From NCBI GenBank assembly GCA_045862955.1, contig BTVI01000023.1, positions 1 through 48,706 on the forward strand: a stretch of DNA of 48,706 nucleotides, read 5' to 3'. The notes beneath the pieces are model-generated. The model was not told the origin of the DNA and searched no databases. It was given only the letters and a program-made list of their open reading frames with translations. Each line of letters begins with the position of its first letter. Position 1 is the first letter of the stretch. The translations under genes were made by a program, and so were the position numbers. The DNA is from Fimbriimonadales bacterium. GTDB taxonomy: Bacteria; Armatimonadota; Fimbriimonadia; Fimbriimonadales; JABRVX01. This document shows, in pieces, positions 1 through 8,951 of the stretch.

Positions 1-580
1 CCAGCCAGATACCGTCTAGGTCGCGATCCTCCAACGTAACGAACTGATCGAGGCTCGGGACATAGGCAATGTCGTCCGGGTTCGGCACTGGGCCGATGTT
101 GCACACATAGGCTGGCGAAGTGTTGGTGTCCACCGTGGCGATACGGTCGTCGCCGCGACTGTCTACGGTGACGAAGATGGGCTCGCCAACCGTGAAAGCA
201 CCGTAGCCCGTGCCATCGGTGTTCACGGTGATACCCTCGGGCCCCCAGATGTTGTTACGCAGATCGCAGGTTAGCGACATCTCGATCGCGTCCCAAACGG
301 TGAGGTCGCCGGTAGGGCCGGGAGTGTAGGTGATCAGCCAGCCCTGCGTGTTGTTGTCGTCCGTGCCGACGTAGAGTTTGCCGTTGTAGAAGGTCATTCC
401 CTCCGGCTCGGAGAAGCCGACAGGGGTATCGAATCGTACGTACCAAGTTCGGACGTCGTAGTTACGCCCGAACAGGTTGAGAACGACACTACCTTCGTCG
501 TCGCCAGCGAAGGCTACACTGCCACTGAGAGCAGCCAAAGAGAGCGCGATGCCCTTGGCCACTGCGCGGATCTTCTTCAC
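1..580 (-). CDS. Secreted beta-propeller-like protein (SdiA-regulated/phytase-like repeats), runs off the window edge
   Basis: Not in the ORF track. Manual translation from GTG at 580 after a GGAGG RBS gives MKKIRAVAKGIALSLAALSGSVAFA (signal peptide), then blade-like motifs EPEGMTFYNGKLYV, GPEGITV, NPDDIAYVP. Open to position 1. Confidence 0.75.
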   Translation of the reverse strand, partial: MKKIRAVAKGIALSLAALSGSVAFAGDDEGSVVLNLFGRNYDVRTWYVRFDTPVGFSEPEGMTFYNGKLYVGTDDNNTQGWLITYTPGPTGDLTVWDAIEMSLTCDLRNNIWGPEGITVNTDGTGYGAFTVGEPIFVTVDSRGDDRIATVDTNTSPAYVCNIGPVPNPDDIAYVPSLDQFVTLEDRDLDGIWL

Positions 581-629
581 TTTCGTTGTACCTCCAACAT
601 GTGCATGAGATTGATGTCGCATGGAGAAC

Positions 630-1802
630 CTAGTGTTCGATCTCCGCTGCTGCAGCGGGAGCTGTTCGCTCCACGTCACGCCAGTCGAACAATAGAAAGT
701 TGCGCGGGCCGCTGTTCATTACTACTAACAGGCCCTTCGGGAACTTGCAACCCAGGGACGTGGAGACGACCTCGATGCCATCCGTATCGTCTGCACCGCC
801 CGCAATCACCTTCACCTCTCTGCCATGGTCGTGCGGTCTTCCAGGCTCCCCCTCACGCTTATAGACGCGATACAGGCTGTTATCTTTTCGTTGGTCCGAG
901 CAGATGATGAACCCGGTGCCATCCTGCCGTGCGTAGATGGCAATACCCTCCCGGTCTCCGGCGAATCCTTCTCGGCCGAACACAGCCAGTTCTTTCGCGG
1001 CATCCGGGTGATCGGGGTCGGCGTGGTACTTACGAATCCCGAAGTTCTCGTCCGAGTAGTAGACGTATCCTAGGGCATCGTCAACCGCGATGGCTTCGAT
1101 CTCTCCGGAACCGCTGAATTTACCGAACTCCCGAACCTTGGTAGCATTCACCTTGCCCGTCCCAGCGTCCGACAAGCGGTACTGCCAGATGTACGTTCCG
1201 TCCGGTCCAAACTTCCTTCCAACGATAGCGAAAATTGCGCTATCCGACGGGCGCTTGTACAATGAGATGCCCATCGGTTCGCGGGCTGCCCCGCTTTGGC
1301 CCTCGAACACGTATGTCTGCCCGGTGACATCGCTGAGCGTGCCGGAATCCGCGTCTATGACAAACACCCTGAGGCGCTGCTTGCCTCTCTCGGTCGCTAC
1401 CGCGATATCACGTGACACTCCCCCTAACACGAGGCCGTATTCGACATCCACGTTGTTAGGTCGATCCACGTTGGCGATCACTTGCTTCGTTTTCCCGTCC
1501 AGACTAAAAACGTAGATGCCTCCGCCCGGCGCCTTTTCTTTGTCCGTACCGATGATCAGGCTCTTCTCTGGGTCGGTCGGATGGATCCAGATCGCCGGGT
1601 CGTCGGCATCGTGAGTGACGGGGTCGGTCTGTCCCACGGACTGAATTCGTGCCACGTATCGCTCGGGGCTGTGCGCGGGCTCTCGGTTCACCTGCCACGC
1701 GACCGCAGCTGGTGGAAGTAGCCCTACCGCCAAGCCTGCCACCGCCAACACTGCCGCACTCGCCACGCTCCGACTGCCGAGTTTTGTTGCGAACGCTCTC
1801 AT
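630..1802 (-). CDS. Beta-propeller phytase (3-phytase), secreted
   Basis: Motifs DADDPAIWIHP, IIGTDK, NNVDVEY, EIEAIAVDD, DREGIAIY, DTDGIEV. Start taken at ATG 1802 (MRAFATK, signal peptide) after GAGGTG. Confidence 0.92.
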   Translation of the reverse strand: MRAFATKLGSRSVASAAVLAVAGLAVGLLPPAAVAWQVNREPAHSPERYVARIQSVGQTDPVTHDADDPAIWIHPTDPEKSLIIGTDKEKAPGGGIYVFSLDGKTKQVIANVDRPNNVDVEYGLVLGGVSRDIAVATERGKQRLRVFVIDADSGTLSDVTGQTYVFEGQSGAAREPMGISLYKRPSDSAIFAIVGRKFGPDGTYIWQYRLSDAGTGKVNATKVREFGKFSGSGEIEAIAVDDALGYVYYSDENFGIRKYHADPDHPDAAKELAVFGREGFAGDREGIAIYARQDGTGFIICSDQRKDNSLYRVYKREGEPGRPHDHGREVKVIAGGADDTDGIEVVSTSLGCKFPKGLLVVMNSGPRNFLLFDWRDVERTAPAAAAEIEH

Positions 1803-1812
1803 ACGTGGCACC

Positions 1813-2628
1813 TCAGTACTTCGGGCAGTTCTGGTCGTCGCGGGTGGGTGCAGTCCACGGACCACAGTCTCCGAAGAGACCACCCTCGCCGTGCGGCGGG
1901 AACTTCCAGTTGCTGTTGATACTCGGGTCGTTGTTCGCATAGGTGACACGCGAATACTTTGCATGCCCGTCCATGTAGGTGAAGTTGGCACCAACGCTGT
2001 GGGGATACTGAAACCCCTCGATGCCCCAGCTCACGCGAGTGGCTATCTCATCACCCTCCACTTCGGATCGGTTGCACTCCACGAACAGGAAGTTGAGGGC
2101 GGGCGACTCCCACAGCGAGGGCTTCACCCAATCGTCGGTTGCGTGCTCATTGATGCCGTAGCTGCAATAGTAGCGATAGTAGCCATCGTCGCTGCGAACT
2201 AGCCCCCACGCCTTTTCGGGATAGTCCGGGGGAAGCCCGAAGCCCTGCCCTGGCGGCCTCATATATGTCTGGTCCAGAATCTGGAGCACCGGCTTGGTGG
2301 GACAGGAAAACACGTTCCCACCTCCGCCCCGCTGGATATTGTTGACCTTCGACGCGATAAAGGGCCGTATGTGGAACATCCAGTAATCCTTGCCCCAGTC
2401 GCCATCGTTATTGTTGAGAACTCCGCCGCCCACGCTCGTCGGGTACTTGTCGTAGTCGCCGAGGTACAGCATCATGGCCTTACCCAGCTGGTTGCTGTTC
2501 GAAAGGCACTGAGTTTTCTTCGCGCTCTCCCGAGCCTGTGCGAAGACTGGAAACAAGATGGCCGCCAAAATCGCAATGATCGCGATGACCACCAGTAGCT
2601 CGATAAGCGTAAACGCTCTTCGCCGCAT
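1813..2628 (-). CDS. Prepilin-type N-terminal cleavage/methylation protein (DUF1559 type) with H-X9-DG motif
   Basis: [44 protein letters not shown] and C-terminal [23 protein letters not shown] before ATG 2628. Confidence 0.92.
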   Translation of the reverse strand: MRRRAFTLIELLVVIAIIAILAAILFPVFAQARESAKKTQCLSNSNQLGKAMMLYLGDYDKYPTSVGGGVLNNNDGDWGKDYWMFHIRPFIASKVNNIQRGGGGNVFSCPTKPVLQILDQTYMRPPGQGFGLPPDYPEKAWGLVRSDDGYYRYYCSYGINEHATDDWVKPSLWESPALNFLFVECNRSEVEGDEIATRVSWGIEGFQYPHSVGANFTYMDGHAKYSRVTYANNDPSINSNWKFPPHGEGGLFGDCGPWTAPTRDDQNCPKY

Positions 2629-2694
2629 TCGAACCTCCTCCGCTGTTCGGTCTCTCACCCTACCTTCGGGCGTCTGATCCCTCGCTCGAGCGGA

Positions 2695-2737
2695 AGTTTG
2701 GCCGTCCGGTGTTAGTCAGGTGTTAGCGAAGTGTTTG
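2695..2737 (-). promoter_or_regulatory. Putative Pho-box-type operator (three direct repeats at 11-bp period) plus -10-like CAAACT
   Basis: Plus strand GTGTTAG at 2709, GTGTTAG at 2720, GTGTTTG at 2731 (minus strand CTAACAC/CAAACAC). CAAACT at 2700-2695. Lies upstream of the phytase operon. Confidence 0.6.
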
Positions 2738-2809
2738 AATGCGGTGATTCTCTACAGACGCTCGCGGGCAGCCGACACCCGCAAGGCTTCGCAGAACCTG
2801 TGGCGGTTG

Positions 2810-4231
2810 TTAGCGGCTCTTGCTCAGCGCCTGGTCCAGGTCGGCGATGATGTCGTCCGGGTGCTCGCCCCCTACGCAGAGGCGGATCATGTTCGGGGGG
2901 ATGTTGGCCAGACAGCGCCCTTCCTCGCCTTGTTGCAGGTGCGTGGAGATAGCTGGGATGGTAGCCACGCTCTTCACACGCCCTAAGTCGGTTGCACGCC
3001 AGATCCGCTGCAGTGCGTCGAAGGCCTTCCACGCTGCCTCCGGCCCGCCCCTAACGCAGAAGGATAGCAGGTGACCATATCGGTTGACAGGCCTTCCATA
3101 CAGCTCGTCGTGCTCCGCGTCCACCAGCCACATGTACTTACTTGCTATGTCGTGCAACGGGTGACTCGGAAGTCCGAGATACTGTACGCTCTCCACCCGC
3201 GGATGACCCTCCAGGAACTGAGCCACCTTCATCGTGTTGCGTGAGAAGAGGTCCATTTTCGATCGCAACGTTCTCATGTCGTTCAGGCTGAGTATAGCCT
3301 GCATCGGGTGGAGGTTCGGCCCGTAGTCGCGGTTCGGAAGGTATTTGACGTAGAGAGCGAAATCCTCCTTCATCTGCGGATTGTCGATGTTAGTAACCAG
3401 GTTTCGCCGCGCGATAACAGCACCCGCCACCCCGAAGCCACTCGATGTCAGCGTCTTGGTGGCCGACTGCACTACGATATCTGCTCCGTGGCAAATGGGC
3501 CGCAAGAGAGCCGGAGTTGCCACCGTGGAGTCCACGATGAGTGGCAGATCGTGGCTGTGCGCCAGGTCTGCCACCGCTCGGATGTCGAAGAACCCCTGCT
3601 GGGGGTTGCTCGGGAGTTCGCCATACAAGAACCGAGTGTTCTCGTCGATCTTTTCGGCCCACTGGTCCAGGTCCGTAGGGTCTTGCACCCATCGGCACTC
3701 GATGTCGCGTTCTTCCATCAGTCGCACGTTGAATTGCTGGAAGGTGCCACCATAGCACTGCGCGGTTGCGACGAAGTTGCGCGGCTCGTACTTGTGCTTG
3801 AACCGGTGCACGAGAAACGGTTGCACGGCTGTCATGATGGCAGCCATTCCCGATGACGTCGAACAACAGGAGGTCTCGCCGTCGAAGCCGTATCCCTCTA
3901 GGAGAGCCAGAGTCCACTCGTAGTAGTACGTAGACGGGTTAGCGATTCTGGAATAGCACCACGTCGGAATGAGGTAGGCCAGCGCCGACGCCATCTCCGC
4001 CGAATCGCGGTACGCCTGCGAGGAGCTCATGAAAACGGGCTCGATGATCGCGCCCTGGTAGTCCTCGATGGCATCTTGCACCGTGTAGAGCCCGTGGACG
4101 GCAATGGTATCGAACTTCCACTTCTTGACCACCTCGCGGATGTACTTCTCCCTCGCAGCGAGGTACTCATTGTTCTTATCTATGTACCTCTGCATTTCGG
4201 GTGTGATGTTGATCTGCTCGGCTGTTGTCAT
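2810..4231 (-). CDS. Cys/Met-metabolism PLP enzyme (O-acylhomoserine sulfhydrylase, MetY-like)
   Basis: FDTIAVHG, YSRIANP, SSGMAAI, CYGGT, ELPSNP, VDSTVATP, PLP-lysine SATK, IRLCVGGEHPDDIIADLDQAL. Confidence 0.88.
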   Translation of the reverse strand: MTTAEQINITPEMQRYIDKNNEYLAAREKYIREVVKKWKFDTIAVHGLYTVQDAIEDYQGAIIEPVFMSSSQAYRDSAEMASALAYLIPTWCYSRIANPSTYYYEWTLALLEGYGFDGETSCCSTSSGMAAIMTAVQPFLVHRFKHKYEPRNFVATAQCYGGTFQQFNVRLMEERDIECRWVQDPTDLDQWAEKIDENTRFLYGELPSNPQQGFFDIRAVADLAHSHDLPLIVDSTVATPALLRPICHGADIVVQSATKTLTSSGFGVAGAVIARRNLVTNIDNPQMKEDFALYVKYLPNRDYGPNLHPMQAILSLNDMRTLRSKMDLFSRNTMKVAQFLEGHPRVESVQYLGLPSHPLHDIASKYMWLVDAEHDELYGRPVNRYGHLLSFCVRGGPEAAWKAFDALQRIWRATDLGRVKSVATIPAISTHLQQGEEGRCLANIPPNMIRLCVGGEHPDDIIADLDQALSKSR

Positions 4232-4252
4232 GATAGTAACCTCTCTCTGGCC

Positions 4253-5566
4253 CTAGTTGGTGTGCCAAAGGTATTCCTTCAAATGCGTGTAGCGGTTGCC
4301 CATCGGCAGCGCATTCTTCTCCTTCGTCATCACTTCCTGCAGCGGCTGCGGCAGGTCGGCTGGCTTGCCCAAGGCCAACTCGACCACCTCGTTGAACTTC
4401 GCAGGGTGTGCGGTCGAGAGGCTGATGAACGCACTCTCTGCCGTGCGCGGCACCTGTCGCCGAATGCGTTCGACGGCTTCCAGTCCTACCGCGGTATGCG
4501 GGTCCGCGATATAGTGATACCGCTCGAACGTCTGCTGCATCCTGATCACTGTGCACTCATCGTCCACGGAGGTGGACCAAAGCACGGCTTTGATCCGCTC
4601 GTAATCGTCCTCGTACAGGCTGCGGATTCGCTCCCAGTTGCTGGGGGCGCCCACGTCCATCGCGTTCGAGTAGGTGCGAATGGAAGGCCTAGGCCGGTAG
4701 GTGCCCGTCTCGAGATACTCCGGTATCACGGCATTGGCGTTCACTGCCGCGACGAACATCTCGATAGGAACACCCATTCGCTTAGCGAAAAACCCAGCAG
4801 TTAGGTTCCCGAAGTTCCCACTCGGCACACATACCATGACGCTGTTCGAACGGTCCCTCCGTCGCTGCGCAACACTCCAGACGTAGTAGAACGACTGCGG
4901 GATCAAGCGCCCGATGTTGATGGAGTTCGCCGAGGAGAGACGGACCCTAACAGATAGCTCCTCGTCGGCGAACGCCTGTTTCACCATCGCCTGACAGTCG
5001 TCGAAAGTGCCTTGCACCTCGATCGCTTGCACGTTGTCGCCGAGAGTGGTGAACTGCTTCTCCTGCAGTGGACTGACCTTGCCCGATGGATAGAGCAACA
5101 CGATCCGGATGCCTTCTACGTGATGGTATGCATGAGCGACCGCACTGCCGGTATCCCCCGAGGTGGCCACCAGTATGGTCAAAGGCCTACTGCCGTCTCG
5201 CGCGAAGTAGCCCATCGCCTTCGCCATGAACTGCGCACCGAAATCTTTGAACGAACAGGTGGGGCCATGAAACAGCTCGAGTACGTGGAGATCATTGCGG
5301 AGTTCGTGCAGCTGCGGTGCGAAGGAGTACGCGGACTGAGCGATTGCAGCTGTACCCGCATCGTCAATCTCGTCACCTAGCATGCGTCGCCCTAACTCGT
5401 ATGCCAGCTCCGGATAGGACTGGCGAGCGAGCGAGTCGAGGTCCGCAGTCGTGAGCGTGGGTAGGTCTTGCGGCATGTATAGGCCGCCATCCGGCGCCTG
5501 CCCGCGAAAGAGTGCATCGCGGAATGACGCTGGTGCCGCATTACCGCGCGTGCTCGTGCAGATCAC
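4253..5566 (-). CDS. thrC: Threonine synthase
   Basis: [60 protein letters not shown]. Confidence 0.96.
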   Translation of the reverse strand: MICTSTRGNAAPASFRDALFRGQAPDGGLYMPQDLPTLTTADLDSLARQSYPELAYELGRRMLGDEIDDAGTAAIAQSAYSFAPQLHELRNDLHVLELFHGPTCSFKDFGAQFMAKAMGYFARDGSRPLTILVATSGDTGSAVAHAYHHVEGIRIVLLYPSGKVSPLQEKQFTTLGDNVQAIEVQGTFDDCQAMVKQAFADEELSVRVRLSSANSINIGRLIPQSFYYVWSVAQRRRDRSNSVMVCVPSGNFGNLTAGFFAKRMGVPIEMFVAAVNANAVIPEYLETGTYRPRPSIRTYSNAMDVGAPSNWERIRSLYEDDYERIKAVLWSTSVDDECTVIRMQQTFERYHYIADPHTAVGLEAVERIRRQVPRTAESAFISLSTAHPAKFNEVVELALGKPADLPQPLQEVMTKEKNALPMGNRYTHLKEYLWHTN

Positions 5567-6198
5567 GTAACACTCCTAATAGCCTGCTCGGTAAGCTCGA
5601 CGCTAGCCCGCTCGAAGGCCGCGCGGAGTTCCTCGTAGGTGTACGTCACAGGAAACTGCGGAAACTCCGCTATCACGTTGTCAGGTGGACGGAACAAGAT
5701 CCCTACGTCCGCGGCGCGGAGCATGTTCGTATCGTTGTAGGAGTCCCCCACCGCGATCACTGGGAAGTTGAGGCTCCGGAAGGCTTGTACGGCCGCTCGC
5801 TTCTGGTCTGGCATTCGCAGGCGGTAACCGACGATCTTTCCCGAGTCGTCTATGCTCAGCCGATGGCATAACAGCACGGGATTTCCGAGTTGCTTGATGA
5901 GTGGTGCAGCGAACTCGTAGAACGTATCAGAAAGAATGATGACCTGAAAGTTCTCGCGCAGCCAATCCAAGAACTCTCTCGCCCCTGGTAGCGTGCCCAT
6001 CGCAGCGATGGCAGCCTGAATGTCGGCAATGCCCAGGTCGTGCGCGTCCAAGATGCGCAGACGCTGACGCATGAGTGCATCGTAATCCGGCATGTCACGA
6101 GTGGTCACTCGTAGATCATCGATCCCCGTCCGTTCCGCAACGTTGATCCACACCTCCGGAACCAGAACGCCTTCTAGATCCAAGCACGCTACCTGCAC
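5563..6198 (-). CDS. thrH: Phosphoserine phosphatase / phosphoserine:homoserine phosphotransferase (HAD)
   Basis: [41 protein letters not shown] start after GGAGG. Confidence 0.93.
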   Translation of the reverse strand: MQVACLDLEGVLVPEVWINVAERTGIDDLRVTTRDMPDYDALMRQRLRILDAHDLGIADIQAAIAAMGTLPGAREFLDWLRENFQVIILSDTFYEFAAPLIKQLGNPVLLCHRLSIDDSGKIVGYRLRMPDQKRAAVQAFRSLNFPVIAVGDSYNDTNMLRAADVGILFRPPDNVIAEFPQFPVTYTYEELRAAFERASVELTEQAIRSVT

Positions 6199-6345
6199 TT
6201 GCCTAAAGCCTCCCTGTTACTATATTTGGCCGCGTGGCACCATCCATCCGTGCCACGCACGCCATCGTCCTCCTCGCCCCCACCACACGTCGCTCCCGTC
6301 TCGTCGCATGTGGGGGCTGCCACCCCGACCGTCGAGCGACTCCCA

Positions 6346-6737
6346 CCCCGTCATGCTGAGCCTGTCGAAGCATCACATCTGCCGCGGCAAGGCCGGATCT
6401 GCTTGCTTCCATACCACCACGGCGCCACGACCCAACCCCGTCATGCTGAGCCTGTCGAAGCATGACAGCTGCCGTGGCAAGGCCGGATCTGCTTGCTTCC
6501 ATCCCACCACGGCGCCACGCCACAGCCCCGTCATGCTGAGCCTGTCGAAGCATCACATCTGCCGCGGCAAGGCCGGGTCTGCTTGCTTCCATCCCACCAC
6601 GGCGCCACGACCCAACCCCGTCATGCTGAGCCTGTCGAAGCATGACAGCTGCCGTGGCGAGGCCGGATCTGCTTGCTTCCATCCCACCACGGCGCCACGC
6701 CACAGCCCCGTCATGCTGAGCCTGTCGAAGCATGACA
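6346..6737 (+). repeat. Tandem array of 90-bp units, each carrying the REP-like palindrome GTCATGCTGAGCCTGTCGAAGCAT(G/C)AC
   Basis: Palindrome starts at 6350, 6440, 6530, 6620, 6710. Linkers are nearly identical and alternate A/B (180-bp higher-order unit). Confidence 0.92.
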
Positions 6738-6789
6738 GCGGATGTCGAGCAGGTAGTACGTGAAACCGGCAACGTGCGGCGTACGAGCG

Positions 6790-7028
6790 CATGCTTCGAC
6801 AAGCTCAGCATGACGAAGCGAAGTGGGTAGCGGTGACTGTCAATCGGCAAGCGCAGCATGACGAAGCGAAGTGGGTAGCGATGACTGTCAATCGGCAAGC
6901 GCAGCATGACAGAGCAGCGTGGTTGGCGATGACTGTCAATCGGCAAGCGCAGCATGACAGAGCAGCGTGGTTGGCGATGACTGTCAATCGGCAAGCGCAG
7001 CATGACAGAGCAGCGTGGTTGGCGATGA
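6790..7028 (+). repeat. Inverted REP copy followed by 48-bp tandem repeats
   Basis: CATGCTTCGACAAGCTCAGCATGAC at 6790-6814. CAGCATGAC recurs at 6806, 6854, 6902, 6950, 6998. Confidence 0.9.
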
Positions 7029-7261
7029 AAGGGTGTTAGCGCGAATCGCGACCTGAGGGGCGCACTTCGGAAACTGTGCATAGGCCGCTGCGATAGGCGA
7101 AGATGCGTCCCGCGAGGACCTGCAACGTCGCAGCCCAGTTCCGGCCAGTCCGCACCAAGATGTGGTAGCGAGTGAATCATGCTCTGCGCGCTTCCCCGTT
7201 GAAACGTGCTTACGGTAAGAGAGCCGCGCCGTTGCGGTCCGTCGAGACTCTTCTAACTCGC

Positions 7262-7270
7262 ATTATAGCA
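7262..7270 (-). promoter_or_regulatory. Extended -10 promoter element
   Basis: TGCTATAAT on the minus strand just downstream of the araD stop, pointing into the repeat region and the thr operon. Confidence 0.5.
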
Positions 7271-7293
7271 CGCGTGCCGCCCTGACTAGAATG

Positions 7294-7980
7294 CTACTGC
7301 CCGTAGTATGCATCCGGCCCGTGCTTGCGAAAGAAGTGCCGCCGTAAGAGGGCTTCGTCAATCGGCTCGGCATCGGGCCGAAGCGTCAGGGTCATCGCCG
7401 CCATCGCTGCAACGTGCTCCAACACCGAGGCGTTCATCACGGCCTCCTCGACGGTCGCGCCCCAAACGAAGGGTCCGTGCCCTGCGACCAGCACCGCAGG
7501 CATTTCCAGCGGGTCTTTGCCCGCCAAGCACCGGACGATCACCTCCCCAGTGTTAGCCTCGTAGTCGGCCGCAATCTCTTCGGCTGTCATCGGCTCGGTG
7601 ACCGGTATCTCGCCCAAGAAGTGGTCGGCGTGCGTCGTTCCCAGGCAAGGGATGGGCCGGCGCGCTTGCGCCCACGCCGTCGCGTGCGGCGAGTGCGTGT
7701 GGACGACACCTCCGACACCCTGGAACTCGCGATACAACACCAGGTGCGTCGGTGTGTCCGAGCTCGGCTTCTCACCTTCTACGGGCTCGCCATCGGGGCG
7801 CACTATCGAGATGAGCGCCGGAGTCAATTCGCCGTACGGAACGCCGCTCGGCTTGATGGCGATCAGGCCCGTCTCCGGGTCGCGGGCGCTGGCATTCCCC
7901 CAGGTATGCACTACCAGACCCAGGTCGTGAAGCCGCCGGTTGGCTTCCCACACGCACTCTTTCAGCCTTCGTAAGCTCAT
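7294..7980 (-). CDS. araD: L-ribulose-5-phosphate 4-epimerase
   Basis: TWGNAS, IKPSGV, KPSSDTPTH, HTHS, GTTHADHF, HGPFVWG, HFFRKHGPDAYYGQ. Confidence 0.95.
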   Translation of the reverse strand: MSLRRLKECVWEANRRLHDLGLVVHTWGNASARDPETGLIAIKPSGVPYGELTPALISIVRPDGEPVEGEKPSSDTPTHLVLYREFQGVGGVVHTHSPHATAWAQARRPIPCLGTTHADHFLGEIPVTEPMTAEEIAADYEANTGEVIVRCLAGKDPLEMPAVLVAGHGPFVWGATVEEAVMNASVLEHVAAMAAMTLTLRPDAEPIDEALLRRHFFRKHGPDAYYGQ

Positions 7981-8951
7981 ATCTCGATCACCGCCTTCAG
8001 GCAGCCGTCGGAGTAGGTGCTCGCCACTTGGAACGCTTCTTGGCTCTGCGAAAGCGGGAACACGTGTGAGACGAGTCGGTGGAGCGGGAGCCTGGTAGCC
8101 AGGTCGGCCGCCCTCGGCAGACTGAGCCGTGAGCGCCGAACCATGAAGAAGGTGAGACCTCGCCTGCGGGGCTCGTGGCCTACCAGCCGAATCTCGTCGG
8201 TGTGCGGCGTGCCCACCACGGCAATCTTGGCGCCAGGGGCGGCCAGTCGCAGCATGTCTTGGTGTGCCGGAGCCTCACCCGAGGCTTCCACCACGTATTC
8301 GAACTCCCCCTCTGCCTCATCCGGCGCGACCGCCGCATCCGCCCCGAGAGCCAGCGCCGCATCCCTCCGGTGGGCAACCGGGTCGGTGCACAAGACCGGT
8401 CTCGCGGAGAGCGACTTTGCGATCAGCAAACACAGTAGTCCGATTGCACCACAGCCCAGGATTGCCACGGATGAGGCAACCTTCATCTTCAGCAGGTCGA
8501 AGGTACTGATGGCCACGGCGAGCGGTTCGAGCAGCGTGCCGACTGGACCAAAAAGCCCCTGCGGCAACGGCTCCAAGAGTCGAGGCGGATGGTAGACGGC
8601 TTCTCGCAGCAGCCCGGGCTCCGGTGGCAGGCCCAGGAAGCTCTGGTTGATACACAGGTTGGGGGCGCCGCGGGCGCACTGAGTGCAGCTCCCGCAGGAG
8701 ATGGTCGGCTCGATAGACACCGCTCGGCCGGCCAGATCGCCTTCCTCCACCACACCGACTCCCTCATGCCCCAGCACCATCGGATAGGTCGCCTTGGCCG
8801 AGCCGATCGCACCGTGACGGAAGAAGTGCAGGTCCGACCCGCAGATGCCCACATGGGTCACGCGGACGCGAACCGAACCCTCTCGCCGTGGAACCTCATC
8901 GAGCACCCCCACCTGCACGCGGCCGGCCCACCGGAGTTGTGCGCAACGCAT
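7977..8951 (-). CDS. Zn-dependent polyol/alcohol dehydrogenase (MDR, sorbitol-dehydrogenase-like)
   Basis: GICGSDLH, GHE, CGSCTQC..C structural Zn site, LEPLAVA, GCGAIG. ATG 8951 overlaps the araB TGA. Confidence 0.9.
   Translation of the reverse strand: MRCAQLRWAGRVQVGVLDEVPRREGSVRVRVTHVGICGSDLHFFRHGAIGSAKATYPMVLGHEGVGVVEEGDLAGRAVSIEPTISCGSCTQCARGAPNLCINQSFLGLPPEPGLLREAVYHPPRLLEPLPQGLFGPVGTLLEPLAVAISTFDLLKMKVASSVAILGCGAIGLLCLLIAKSLSARPVLCTDPVAHRRDAALALGADAAVAPDEAEGEFEYVVEASGEAPAHQDMLRLAAPGAKIAVVGTPHTDEIRLVGHEPRRRGLTFFMVRRSRLSLPRAADLATRLPLHRLVSHVFPLSQSQEAFQVASTYSDGCLKAVIEI

Noticed and set aside
6346..7028. CRISPR array
   Set aside because: The sequences between palindromes are near-identical rather than unique spacers, an inverted copy is present, and there are no cas genes. 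REP/tandem repeat fits better.
6092..7180. Repeat-derived ORFs (223 aa plus strand, 325 aa minus strand) as annotated proteins
   Set aside because: They are translations of in-frame DNA palindromic repeats with no recognisable domain. Not listed as CDS.
7040..7255. SAM-I or SAH riboswitch upstream of the thr/met operon
   Set aside because: Only fragments are present (GGACUGGCC, CAACGGCGC). Order and remaining core elements do not fit.
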